Of a stretch of 64,000 nt of DNA, positions 23,556-37,207 are shown one piece after another (the first letter of the stretch is position 1; each line of letters opens with the position of its first letter). The notes beneath the pieces are model-generated. The model was not told the DNA's origin. It searched no databases and worked only from the letters and a program-made list of their open reading frames with translations. Source of the DNA: Octopus vulgaris (taxonomy: Eukaryota); NCBI GenBank assembly GCA_951406725.2, contig OX597843.1:15748001-15812000 (forward strand), read 5' to 3'. The translations under genes were made by a program, and so were the position numbers.

Positions 23556-25844
23556 ATGGAAAATGATTTGTGTGAGGAGAAAATTAAATGTGAACAAGAA
23601 TGGAATTCGGTGGAATTACCTGATGAGATGCCAGAGGATAGAAGAGAAACTTCATACACCTGTGAGGTGTGTTATAAGACATTCAATCAAAAGACAGATC
23701 TAACTACACACAGACAGACTCATACAGGAGAGAAACCATATCACTGTGATATTTGTGGTAAATCATTTTTTGAAAGAAGTTCTTTAAATACTCATGCGTG
23801 TGTCAATGCAGAAAAGAGATCATATCAGTGTGATATCTGTGGTAAATCATTCTCTACAGCAAGTCATTTAACTACACACAAGCGGACTCACACAGGGGAG
23901 AGACCCTACCCATGTGATATCTGTGGCAAAGCGTTCTCTAAAACTAGCCACTTGAGCAGACACAAATATATTCATACAGGAGAGAAACCATATGAGTGTG
24001 ATATCTGTGGTAAATTATTTACGGTGATAAGTAATTTGAGTAGGCATAAACGTATTCATACGGGAGAGAAACCACATCACTGTGATATCTGTGGTAGATT
24101 GTTTTCTGAAAGAGGTAACTTAACTAGACACAAACGTATTCATACGGGAGAGAAGCCATATTTTTGTGATATCTGTGGTAAATCATTTACTTTAGATAGT
24201 GACCTGACACGACACAGACGCATTCATACTGGGGAGAAACCATATTGCTGTGACACCTGTGGTAAATCATTCTCTCGAAATGATGACTTAGTTATACACA
24301 AACGTATTCATACAGGAGAGAAGCCATTTCACTGTGATACTTGTGGAAAATCATTCTCTGAAAGAGGTAGATTTACTAAACACAAACGTATTCATACAGG
24401 AGAGAAGCCATATCACTGCGATATCTGTGGTGTATCATTCTCTGAGATTAGTTCCCTTAATAAGCACAAGCTTGTTCATACGGGAGAGAAGCCATATCAC
24501 TCTGATATCGATGGTAAATCATTCTCTCAAAATGAAGACTTAATGTCACGTCCATTCATTCATTCAAGAGAAAGACCATACCACTGTGATATCTGTGGTA
24601 AATCGTTTGCAAAGGTCAGTTACATAACTACACACAAACGTGTTCATACAGGAGAGAAACCCCACCGCTGTGATATTTGTGGTAAATCATTCTCCGAAGG
24701 AAGCGGCTTGGTTATACACAAACGAATTCATACAGGAGAGAAACCTTATCATTGTGATATCTGTGGTAGATTATTCTCTCAAATCAGTCGGTTAACCAGA
24801 CACAAACGCATTCATACAGGCGAGAAACCATATCAGTGTGATATCTGTGGTAAATCATTCTCCTTAATCACGACCTTAACGAAGCACAATCATATTCATA
24901 CAGGTGAGAAACCATATCATTGCGACATTTGTGGTAAATTCTTTTCTCTACTTGGTAGCTTAACTACTCACAAACGTAGTCACACGGGAGAGAAACCATA
25001 TCACTGTGATGTCTGTGGTAAATATTTCTCTGTAATAAGTAACTTAACTAAACACAAGCGTATTCATACAGGTGAGAAACCACACCACTGTGATATCTGT
25101 AATAAATCATTCTCTCAGAAAGGGCACTTGATTACGCATCAGTATATACATACAGGTGAGAAACCATATCAGTGTGAGATGTGTGGGAAATCTTTTGCTT
25201 CTGGAAGTCACTTAACGAAGCACTATCGTATTCACACAGGTGAGAAACCATACCTCTGCAATATCTGTGGTAGATCTTTCGCAGCAAGTAGCACTTTAAA
25301 TGTTCATAAAAATACTCATACAGGTAAGAAGTCATGCCACTATGGGAGGTCGTCCTCTGTAAGAAGTGCCCTGACTAAGCACAAATGTATTAATAATACA
25401 GGTGAGAAACCGTTTCACTGCGATGCCTGCGGGAAATCATTCTCTGCGGGAACTACCTTAACTACGCATAAACGTATTCACACAGGTGAGAGACCTTATG
25501 ATTGTGATATCTGCGGTAAATCATTCTCGCAAAAAGAAAACTTAATTAATCATAAACGTGTTCACACAGGAGAGAAGCCATATCACTGTGATATCTGTGG
25601 TAAGTCTTTCTCTGAGGGCGGCAGCTTAACTAAACACAAGCGTATTCATACAGGAGAGAAACCATATCATTGTGATGTCTGTAGTAAATCCTTCTCTCAG
25701 ATAAGTCACTTAACTAAACACAAACTCACTCATACAGGGGAGAAACCATATCACTGTGATGTCTGTGATAAATCATTCTCGGAAAACTCAAATTTGACCA
25801 GACACAAAGATATTCATAGAGAAGAAAAATCATATCCCTGTTGA
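23556..25844 (+). CDS. ZF1: tandem C2H2 (Kruppel-type) zinc-finger protein, 762 aa; 23 canonical, 1 atypical and 2 degenerate finger units
   Basis: Long ORF of CDICGKSF...H..IHTGEKPY repeats. ATG 23556 ([15 protein letters not shown]) aligns with the ZF2 start. The track's 23526 start is a GTG. Confidence 0.93.
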   Translation: MENDLCEEKIKCEQEWNSVELPDEMPEDRRETSYTCEVCYKTFNQKTDLTTHRQTHTGEKPYHCDICGKSFFERSSLNTHACVNAEKRSYQCDICGKSFSTASHLTTHKRTHTGERPYPCDICGKAFSKTSHLSRHKYIHTGEKPYECDICGKLFTVISNLSRHKRIHTGEKPHHCDICGRLFSERGNLTRHKRIHTGEKPYFCDICGKSFTLDSDLTRHRRIHTGEKPYCCDTCGKSFSRNDDLVIHKRIHTGEKPFHCDTCGKSFSERGRFTKHKRIHTGEKPYHCDICGVSFSEISSLNKHKLVHTGEKPYHSDIDGKSFSQNEDLMSRPFIHSRERPYHCDICGKSFAKVSYITTHKRVHTGEKPHRCDICGKSFSEGSGLVIHKRIHTGEKPYHCDICGRLFSQISRLTRHKRIHTGEKPYQCDICGKSFSLITTLTKHNHIHTGEKPYHCDICGKFFSLLGSLTTHKRSHTGEKPYHCDVCGKYFSVISNLTKHKRIHTGEKPHHCDICNKSFSQKGHLITHQYIHTGEKPYQCEMCGKSFASGSHLTKHYRIHTGEKPYLCNICGRSFAASSTLNVHKNTHTGKKSCHYGRSSSVRSALTKHKCINNTGEKPFHCDACGKSFSAGTTLTTHKRIHTGERPYDCDICGKSFSQKENLINHKRVHTGEKPYHCDICGKSFSEGGSLTKHKRIHTGEKPYHCDVCSKSFSQISHLTKHKLTHTGEKPYHCDVCDKSFSENSNLTRHKDIHREEKSYPC

Positions 25845-25865
25845 CATCTGTGGTAAAATGTTCTT

Positions 25866-26910
25866 TACCCCTTTAGCATTTAAACCAGGCCCAAATATTT
25901 CTGTTTATGTTGAAACTAGCCAGATCCTACCTCTCACACTTGCCCTGCAATGTTATTTCTAAAGGTAAACAATCACGTCATTGAAATCTTAAAGCTATGA
26001 AACAATGCATGATTATCATCATCACCATCATCATCGTTTAGCGTCCGCTTTCCATGCTGGCATGGGTTGAACGGTGCAACTGGGGTCTGGGAAGCCAGAA
26101 GACTGCACCAGGCCCAGTCTGATCTGGCAATGTTTTTAAGGCTGGATGCCCTTCCTAACGCCAACCACTCCGTGAGTCTAGTGGGTGCTTTTTACGTGGC
26201 AGACGAGGCTGGCAAACGGCCACGATCGGATGGTGCTTTTTACGTGCCACCGGCACGGAGACCAGGCGAGGCTGGCAACGGCCACAATCGGATGGTGCTT
26301 TTTACGTGCCACCAGCACAGAGACCAGGCGAGGCTGGCAACGGCCACGATCGGATGGTGCTTTTTACATGCCACCGGCACGGAGACCAGGCGAGGCTGGC
26401 AAACGGCCACGATCGGATGGTGCTTTTTACGTGCCACCAGCACAGAGACCAGGCGAGGCTGGCAACGGCCACGATCGGATGGTGCTTTTTACATGCCACC
26501 GGCACGGAGACCAGGCGAGGCTGGCAAACGGCCACGATCGGATGGTGCTTTTTACGTGCCACCAGCACAGAGACCAGGCGAGGCTGGCAACGGCCACGAT
26601 CGGATGGTGCTTTTTACATGCCACCGGCACGGAGACCAGGTGAGGCTGGCAACGGCCACGATCGGATGGTGTTTTTTACATGCCACCGGCACAGAGACCA
26701 GGTGAGGCTGGCAACGGCCACGATCGGATGGTGCTTTTTACGTGCCACCAGCACAGAGACCAGGCGAGGCTGGCAACGGCCACGATCGGATGGTGCTTTT
26801 TACGTGCCACCAGCACAGAGACCAGGCGAGGCTGGCAACGGCCACGATCGGATGGTGCTTTTTACGTGCCAAACAATTTGAATAAGTAAGCATTACATTT
26901 GACAGAGTTA
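25866..26910 (+). mobile_element. Decayed TTAA-type MITE interrupted by an RTE-related SINE and a 62/63-bp array
   Basis: Begins TTTACCCCTTTAGCATTTAAACC and ends ATTTGACAGAGTTAA. The nested insert occupies ~26014-26870. Confidence 0.55.
26203..26870 (+). repeat. 62/63-bp minisatellite (~10.5 copies) inside a (CAT)n-tailed RTE-related SINE
   Basis: Unit CGAGGCTGGCA(A)ACGGCCACGATCGGATGGTGCTTTTTACGTGCCACCAGCACAGAGACCAGG. Related 2-3 copy versions lie at 38090-38300. Confidence 0.9.
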
Positions 26911-28190
<1,280 letters not shown>

Positions 28191-29019
28191 GTCACAACAG
28201 AGATAGACATGATTTAACATCCAACTTCCCTAGGTTGGGTAAAGGACTTCATGAGCATGGTTTCCTCAGCTGAACACCTTTGTCGACACCATCCACCTTC
28301 CAAGGGGTACCAGGTGATTTTTTTACTAACCCAGCACTAGTTGGGTGGCCAAGTATCTTGCAACACAGTGAAAATGTACCCCTTACTGTGTGGGTTGTAT
28401 AATTGATATAAAGTTTCTTGATATATTTTTTAAAAATCAAATTAAAAAATATGATTAATAAAAAAAAGTTATCCAAAGACCAATAATTACTTCATTCTTT
28501 TGTATTACTATTTACTATTTTACTATTTTACTTGTTTCAGTCATTTGACTGCGGCCGTGCTGGAGCACCGCCTTTAATCGAGCAACTCGACCCCGGGACT
28601 TATTCTTTTGTAAGCCCAGTACTTATTCTATCGGTCTCTTTTGCCGAACCACTAGGTAACGGAGACATAAACACACCAGCATCGGTTGTCAAGCAATGCT
28701 AGGGGGACAAACACAGATACACAAACACACACATACACATATACATATATATACATATACACGATGGGCTTCTTTCAGTTTCCGTCTACCAAATCCACTC
28801 ACAAGGCATTGGTCGGTCCGGGGCTATAGCAGAAGACACTTGCCCAAGATGCCACGCAGTGGGACTGAACCCGGAACCATGTGGTTGGTTAGCAAGCTAC
28901 TTACCACACAGCCACTCCTGCGTATCGTTACTGTTTTTTTTCTTTAGAAATATTTAAGAAGTTTACTGAAGATGCTTTACAGAATTGATAAAGAACAAGA
29001 ATTCATCATTATCATTTAA

Positions 29020-29730
29020 CCCTTTTGTTACTGTATTTATTTTGAGAAGTTCTGTGTTTCTTTCAATTAATTTTAAATATAACAAAGAATTTAGTAAAAT
29101 AACTTAGTTATCGTTAAGCTAGTGTTAGGAACATAAATTGTGACTAAGATTTGGTGGAAGATTTTAATTCAAAACTTATGAAAACAAGACATTTGTAGTC
29201 TGAGCCAGAGCCGGTTTCAACCAGGTTGGTATCAAAAGGGTTAAAAATATCATGGGCACTTTAACCCTTTTGTTACCATATTTCTGTTGAGATGCTCTGT
29301 GTTTCTTTCAATTACTTTAAATATAACAAAGAATTTAGTAAAATAACTTAGTTATCATTCAGCTAGTGTTAGGAACATAAATTGTGACTAAGGTTTGGTG
29401 GAAGATTTTAATTCAAAACTTTTGAAAACAAGACATTTGTACTACAGATCCAGAGGTGGTTTCAACCAGGTTGGTATCAAAAGGGTTAAGAATTGTTTCT
29501 CTATTATATATCTTAACGCTTTTGTTACCATATTTCTTCTGTTGAGATGCTCTGTGTTTCTTTCAATTAATTTTAAATATAACAAAGAATTTAGTAAAAT
29601 AACTTAGTTATCATTAAGCTAGTGTTAGGAACATAAATTGTGACTAAGGTTTGGTGGAAGATTTTAATTCAAAACTTATGGAAACAAGACATTTGTAGTC
29701 AGAGCCAGAGCCGGGTTGGTATCGAAAGGG
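29020..29730 (+). mobile_element. Three ~220-bp piggyBac-type MITEs
   Basis: TTAA|CCCTTTTGTTAC...GGTATCAAAAGGG|TTAA at 29020-29240, 29265-29485 and 29517-29730. Confidence 0.85.
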
Positions 29731-30049
29731 TTAACTTCTGTTTTCCATGCTGGCATGGGTTGGACAGTTTAACAGAAACTGGTATGGCTGGAAGCCACAT
29801 CAAGCACCATAGTATGTTTTGACGTAGTTTCAACAGCTGGATGCCAACCACTTTACAGAGTGTACTGGATGCTTTTATCATCAACCAGCCTGCAAAACAA
29901 GACTTGACTCAGAGGGTGTGTGGCTTTGTGCCAGCTGAAGGGACAAGGAAAGGGGTCTTGCAGTTAAGTAGAAACATAGATACCCCAAAAAGAATAGAAA
30001 GGAGATAAAAAAAAGGATTGAGAGAGGGAGCACAGCCATATTGATATAT

Positions 30050-31989
30050 ATTTCTTTATTGCCCACAAGGGGCTAAACACAGAGGGGACAGACAAAGGGA
30101 TCAAGTCGATTGCATCAACCCCAGTGCATAACTGGTACTTATTTAATCGACCCCGAAAGGATGAAAGACAAAGTCGACCTCGGCGGAATTTGAACTCAGA
30201 ACGAAATATGGCTACAAATTCGCCCGGCGTGCTAACGTTTCTGCCAGCTCGCCGCCTTTGGGGAAGCAATCTTATTTCTTTATTGCCCACAAGGGGGCTA
30301 AACACAGAGAGGACAAACAAGGACAGACAAAAGGATTAAGTCGATTGCATCGATCCCAGTACATAACTGGTACTTAATTTATAAGGCGGCGAGCTGGCAG
30401 AAACGTTAGCACGCCGGGCGAAATGCGTAGCCGTATTTCGTTTGTCTTTACGTTCTGAGTTCAAATTCCGCCGAGGTCGACTTTGCCTTTCATCCTTTCG
30501 GGGTCGATTAAATAAGTACCAGTTACGCACTGGGGTCGATATAATCGACTTAATCCGTTTGTCTGTCTTTGTTTGTCCCTTCTGTGTTCAGCCCCTTGTG
30601 GGTAGTAAAGAAATAGGTATTTCGTCTGCTGTTACTTTCTGAGTTCAAATTCCGCCGAGGTCGACTTTGCCTTTCATCCTTTCGGGGTCGATTAAATAAG
30701 TACCGGTTACACACTGGGGTCGATATAATCGACTTAATCCGTTTGTCCCTTCTGTGTTTAGCCCCTTGTGGGTAGTAAAGAAATAGATATTTCGTCTGCT
30801 GTTACTTTCTGAGTTCAAATTCCGCCGAGGTCGACTTTGCCTTTCATCCTTTCGGGGTCAATTAAATATGTACCGGTTACACACTGGGGTCGATATAATC
30901 GACTTAATCCGTTTGTCCCTTCTGTCTTTAGCCCCTTGTGTGTAGTAAAGAAATAGGTATTTCGTCTGCCGTTACGTTCTGAGTTCAAATTCCGCCGAGG
31001 TCGACTTTGCCTTTCATCCTTTCGGGGTTGATTAAATAAGTACCGGTTACGCACTGTGGTCGATATAATCAACTTAATCCGTTTGTCTGTCTTTGTTTGT
31101 CCCTTCTGTGTTCAGCCCCTTGTGGGTAGTAAAGAAATAGGTATTTCGTCTGCCGTTACTTTCTGAGTTCAAATTCCGCCGAGGTCGACTTTGCCTTTCA
31201 TCCTTTCGGGGTCGATTAAATAAGTACCGGTCACACACTGGGGTCGATATAATCGACTTAATCCGTTTGTCCCTTCTGTGTTTAGCCCTTTGTGGGTAGT
31301 AAAGAAATAGATATTTCGTCTGCTGTTACTTTCTGAGTTCAAATTCCGCCGAGGTCGACTTTGCCTTTCATCCTTTCGGGGTCAATTAAATATGTACCGG
31401 TTACACACTGGGGTCGACATAATCGACTTAATCCGTTTGTCCCTTCTGTGTTTAGCCCCTTGTGGGTAGTAAAGAAATAGATATTTCGTCTGCTGTTACT
31501 TTCTGAGTTCAAATTCCGCCGAGGTCGACTTTGCCTTTCATCCTTTCGGGGTCAATTAAATATGTACCGGTTACACACTGGGGTCGACATAATCGACTTA
31601 ATCCGTTTGTCCCTTCTGTGTTTAGCCCCTTGTGGGTAGTAAAGAAATAGATATTTCGTCTGCTGTTACTTTCTGAGTTCAAATTCCGCCGAGGTCGACT
31701 TTGCCTTTCATCCTTTCGGGGTCGATTAAATAAGTACCGGTTACGCACTGTGGTCGATATAATCGACTTAATCCGTTTGTCTGTCTTTGTTTGTCCCTTC
31801 TGTGTTCAGCCCCTTGTGGGTAGTAAAGAAATAGGTATTTCGTCTGCCGTTACTTTCTGAGTTCAAATTCCGCCGAGGTCGACTTTGCCTTTCATCCTTT
31901 CGGGGTCAATTAAATATGTACCGGTTACACACTGGGGTCGATATAATCGACTTAATTCGTTTGTCCCTTCTGTGTTTAGCCCCTTGTGG
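30050..31989 (+). mobile_element. SINE family B cluster (tRNA head, Meta/MESC-like central domain): two reverse copies, then one head with 9 tandem bodies of 170/183 bp
   Basis: Head AGGCGGCGAGCTGGCAGAAACGTTAGC, B box GAGTTCAAATTCC, central GACTTTGCCTTTCATCCTTTCGGGGTCGATTAAATAAGTACC. Domain name is from memory. Other copies at 37340-37512, 38660-38892 and 48960-49339. Confidence 0.8.
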
Positions 31990-34175
31990 TTTGGTGGAAG
32001 ATTTTAATTCAAAACTTATGGAAACAAGACATTTGTAGTCAGAGCCAGAGCCGGGTTGGTATCGAAAGGGTTAACTTCTGTTTTCCATGCTGGCATGGGT
32101 TGGACAGTTTAACAGAAACTGGTATGGCTGGAAGCCACATCAAGCACCATAGTATGTTTTGACGTAGTTTCAACAGCTGGATGCCAACCACTTTACAGAG
32201 TGTACTGGATGCTTTTATCATCAACCAGCCTGCAAAACAAGACTTGACTCAGAGGGTGTGTGGCTTTGTGCCAGCTGAAGGGACAAGGAAAGGGGTCTTG
32301 CAGACACAGTAGCCTGGGGCAGGCTTTACCTGACTGGCTCCTATGCCATTGTGAAAGGCGGATCTTAAATGAGGATTTGGTGGAGTTCTGCTTTAAGCAC
32401 CCTAAATAACCCCTCATAATTTTTTGGTTTTTTGGTATTTTCAGAAACTTTCTGCGAATTTATGTTCTACATACGGGAATTCATGCGATTAAGCCAAAAT
32501 ATAAAATGTTTGTGTGATTTAAGGGATATTTAGCTGTTATTTTTAGCACTTCTCACGACCACTTGATACCCTCCTTGTTTCTTTGGCGTTATTCAATATC
32601 CTTCTCCCCATAAACACATTTAATGGTCAATTGCTGGGATTTAAACAAAAAATTTGGGATCTTTTCGGTTTGAACGGCAGTTTTTAACATAATTTCTAGG
32701 TAGGGCGCAGGAGTGGCTGTGTGGTAAGTAGCTTGTTTACCAACCACATGGTTCTGGGTTCAGTCCCACTGCGTGGCACCTTGGGCAAGCGTCTTCTACT
32801 AAAGCCTCGGGCCGACCAAAGCCTTGTGAGTGGATTTGGTAGACGGAAACTGAAAGAAGCCCGTCATATATATGTATGTATATATATATATATATATATA
32901 ATTAATTAATAAGGGTGAGAGAATTAGATACTAATTTAATAGTATATCTATTCAACACCAAGTGAGCCATATAGTGACCACTCTCTTATATTTATTTTAT
33001 ATATATATATATATATATATGCGTGTGTGTATTTGTGTGTCTGTGTTTGTCCCCCTAGCATTGCTTGACAACCGATGCTGGTGTGTTTACATCCCCGTCA
33101 CTTAGCGGTTCGGCAAAAGAGAACGATAGAATAAGTACTGGGCTTACAAAAGAATAAGTCCCGGGGTCGAGTTGCTCGATTAAAGGCGGTGCTCCAGCAT
33201 GGCCGCAGTCAAATGACTGAAACAAATAAAAGAGTAAAGAGAGTAACTAAAACCTTCTAAACTTTGTATACTGGTAGAATGTGTTTATAAAACATCTTTT
33301 TCTCTTGGCTTTATTGAGAAAATTCTATACTTTGTAAGATATTTGTTGGGTTTTTTTTCTTCAATTTCTGCAATTTCAACCAATCACTGACGTCTATTGA
33401 CGTAAAAAAAAACATTCTGTGCCGTATGAATATGTCCCTCGTTTAAGAAACAGATTGGGTTTATTTACATTTGTGAAGAAAAAAGATACCCTTCCCCCAC
33501 CCCTAACCCTAACCCTAAAACAGATTGAAATGCAATAGATCGATACTAGGGTCATAATTACGGGTGACAATTTCATATGACACGGCTAGAAAAAACTGCC
33601 GGTCAAACCGAAAAGATCCATTCGCATATATAAGACACTTAACCCTATGAACGACTCAGCACCCTTAATGACGGGGTGGGGGCGCATATACTTCTTGAAG
33701 TTGGCGGTAGAAATCCATTAGGGGCAGGTAATTAGTAAGCAAATAATAAACCTTGTGGGTCGGCAAGGTCGAGTATTCTCCCTTTGACCAGTCCCGTGAG
33801 CAAATCCGTTATGAGCTGCAGTGACGAATGCTGTCCTCCCTGCTCTGCTCTCTCTATCATTCCTATCCCTTCTCCCTCCCTCTCTCTATATAACCATGTA
33901 CTCACTAGTCTCTGCCTCCCGCTACAATTATTTTCATGCACTGTTGTGTCTGGGGAGTCATTCTCTTTTAGCGCCTTAACATTCTCACCGGTTCACTTTC
34001 ATACAATTCTTTAAAATATTTGATTATAAAATGTAATAAGGATATTTGCTTGCTTAGCATCAAATGGCTCGATGGGTCCACCTGAGTAAAAGAGGAATGA
34101 AAGGGGTCCATAAGCAAAAAACGGGAAAGCACTTTCTTTGCCCCCCCCTCCCACTACATTGACAGTATTTCGTAA

Positions 34176-34876
34176 TCACCTGACCTAAACTGACCAATGA
34201 CAATCCAGTTCTACTTAACCTAGCTAGCTCTCTCTCACAATTTCTTACTTTCTTCCACTCCCACTCATTCACTCTCTCTCTCTCACAATTTTTTACATTC
34301 TCTCATTCACTCTCTCCTTCTCTCACAATTTCTTACTCTCTCTCCCAATTTCCTATTCTCTCTTACTTTCTTCCACTCCGACTCATTCACTCTCTCTCAC
34401 ACAATTTTTTACTCTCTCTAACTTTCTCCCACTCGACTCATATACTCTGTCTCTCACAATTTGTTACTCTCTCTTACTTTCTCCCACTCCCACTCATTCA
34501 CTCTCTCTCTCACAATTTTTTACTTTCTCTCATTCACTCTCTCCTTCTCTCACAATTTCTTACTCTCTCTCCCAATTTCTTACTCTCTCTTACTTTCTCC
34601 CATTCCTACTTACTCACTCTCTCCTTCACTTACAATTTCTTACTTTCTCCCACTCCTACTCACTCACTCTCTCCTTCTCTCACAATTTCTTACCTTCTTC
34701 CATTCCGACTCATTCACTCTCTCTCTCCCGATTTCTTCCTCTCTCTTAATTTCTCCCACTCCCACTCATTCACTCTCTCTCTCTCCCGATTCTTCCTCTC
34801 TCTTACTTTCTCCCACTCCCTCTCATTCACTTTCCCTCCCTCCCTTTCTCTCTCTATTCATTGCAGTCGCCATTTT
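34176..34876 (+). promoter_or_regulatory. Putative ZF2 promoter (TGACCT plus CCAAT module, expanded CT-rich spacer, YY1-like GCCATTTT)
   Basis: 26-bp identity with the ZF1 upstream module. CAGTCGCCATTTT at 34864. Confidence 0.55.
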
Positions 34877-34957
34877 CGCTCATTTCCCAAATACGGTTAC
34901 CATTAATGTCTATCGAGACACAGGAAGCTTCTTTCCGCCTCCATAGATTCGCATCAA
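34864..34957 (+). other. Putative non-coding first exon of ZF2 (start approximate)
   Basis: Ends CAA|GTAGGT. The next ~260 bp align with the start of the ZF1 intron. Acceptor TTTTATTTCAG|A at 43133/43134. Confidence 0.5.
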
Positions 34958-36344
34958 GTAGGTTTTTTCTTATTTTCTTACATTTAATCGTGTTTTCCTT
35001 CATCGATATTCTGTTAACTTGTGTTCGATCTGTCATGGATTAACGTAAAATCTCTGAGCAACAACCTTGATCATAGCTCTGCTCAGTCAGGCATGACCTA
35101 GGGTTAAACAACAACAAGACGGAACATCAACGTGGTCGCTTGATCCTCTAGAAATAGTTGTCATGTTTACCTCAAATTACACGTCTCAGGGTTGACAATT
35201 CAAGATTATATTTAATAATGTCATTTTAGGGATCTTTTCTGTTTGACCGGCAGTTTTTAAAAATAATTTCCACGTAACTAAACACTTTTAAACTTCGTAT
35301 ACTGGTAGAATGTGTTTATAAAACATCTTTTTCTCTTGGCTTTATTGAGAAAATTCTATAGTTTGTAAGATATTTGTTGGGGTTTTTTTTTATTCAATTT
35401 CTGCAATTTCAACCAATCAATGACGTCTATTGAGGTGAAAAAAATATTCTTTGCCATATGAATATGTCCCTCGTTTAAGAAACAGATTGGATTTATTTAC
35501 ATTTCTGAAGAAAAAAATATACCCTTTCCCACACCCCTAACCCTAACCCTTTAAATAGATTGAAATGCAATAGATCGATACTAGGGTCATAATTATGGGT
35601 GACAATTTCATATGACACCGCTAGAAAAAACTGCCGTTCAAACCGAAAAGATCCGATTTTTAAAATAATTTCTTTGTAACTAAACACTAAAAAATTTTAA
35701 ACTTCGTATACTGGTAGAATGTGCTGGAGCACCGCTTTAATCGAGTAACTCGACCCCGGGACTTATTCTTTTGTAAGCCCAGTACTTATTCTATCGTTCT
35801 CTTTTGCCGAACCGCTAAGTAACGGGAACATAAACACACCAACATCGGTTGTCAAGCGATGGTGGGAGGACAAACACAGACACACAAACACACACACGCA
35901 TACATATATATACATATATACGACGGGCTTCTTTCAGTTTCCGTCTACCAAATCCACTCACAAGGCATTAGTCGGAGTGAGGTTATAGAAGACACTTGCC
36001 CAAGGTGCCACCCAGTGGGACTGAACCCGGAACCATGTGGTTGGTTAGCAAGCTACTTACCACACAGCCACTCCTACGCCGAGACCTTTGGCATTATGCC
36101 ATGCTTGAGAAGAAGACCCATGAAGCTAAGTAAAGTCATATTCGGGGCAGATACTGGCGTCACGCAGATGGCACGTAAAAGCACCCATTGCACTCTTGGA
36201 GTGGTTGTTGCTGTTGTTATTAAGCAACAAGACGGGTAAGGGTGATTAGGTAATGGTCTAGGGCTTAGGGGCAGGAGACCCCAGACCTTGGGAAAAAAAA
36301 ACTTTAGTCGTCTTGTTGTTGTTGAGGGTTCTTCGTTGACCCCC

Positions 36345-37207
36345 GATACCACTGGGAGGTGGCCCTCGAAGTTGCTGGAAATGGGGATCTCCATGTCCTA
36401 ATTCTTGAACGGCTCTTGGAGTGGTTGGTGTTAGGAAGGGCATCCAATTGTAGATACCACTGGGAGGTGGCCCTCGAAGTTGCTGGAAATGGGGATCTCC
36501 ATGTCCTAATTCTTGAACGGCTCTTGGAGTGGTTGGTGTTAGGAAGGGCATCCAATTGTAGATACCACTGGGAGGTGGCCCTCGAAGTTGCTGGAAATGG
36601 GGATCTCCATGTCCTAATTCTTGAACGGCTCTTGGAGTGGTTGGTGTTAGGAAGGGCATCCAATTGTAGATACCACTGAGAGGTGGCCCTCGAAGTCACT
36701 GGAAACGGGGATCTCTGGTTCCAAATTCTTGAATGGCTCTTGGAGTAGTTGGTCTTAGGAAGGGCATCCAATTGTAGATACCACTGGGAGGTAGCCCTCG
36801 AAATCGCTGGAAATGGGGATCGCCGGGTCCAAATTCTTGAATGGCTCTTGGAGTGGTTGGTGTTAGGAAGGGCATCCAATTGTAGATACCACTGGGAGGT
36901 GGCCCTCGAAGTCGCTGGAAACGGGGATCTCTGGTTCCAAATTCTTGAATGGTTCTTGGAGTGGTTGGTGTTAGGAAGGGCATCCAATTGTAGATACCAC
37001 TGGGAGGTGGCCCTCAAAGTCGCTGGAAACGGGGATCTCCGGTTCCAAATTCTTGAATGGCTCTTGGAGTGGTTGGTGTTAGGAAGGGCATCCAATTGTA
37101 GATACCACTGGGAGGTGGCCCTCGAAATCGCTGGAAATGGGGATCGCCGGGTCCAAATTCTTGAATGGCTCTTGGAGTGGTTGGTGTTAGGAAGGGCATC
37201 CAATTGT
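36345..37207 (+). repeat. 108-bp tandem array x8
   Basis: GATACCACTG recurs at 36345, 36453, 36561, 36669, 36777, 36885, 36993 and 37101. Confidence 0.95.

Noticed and set aside
36075-36140. 3' half of a possible HDV-like ribozyme at the head of the RTE-related SINE
   Set aside because: The 5' pairing partners are absent because a SINE A abuts it, so the fold cannot be supported from this copy.
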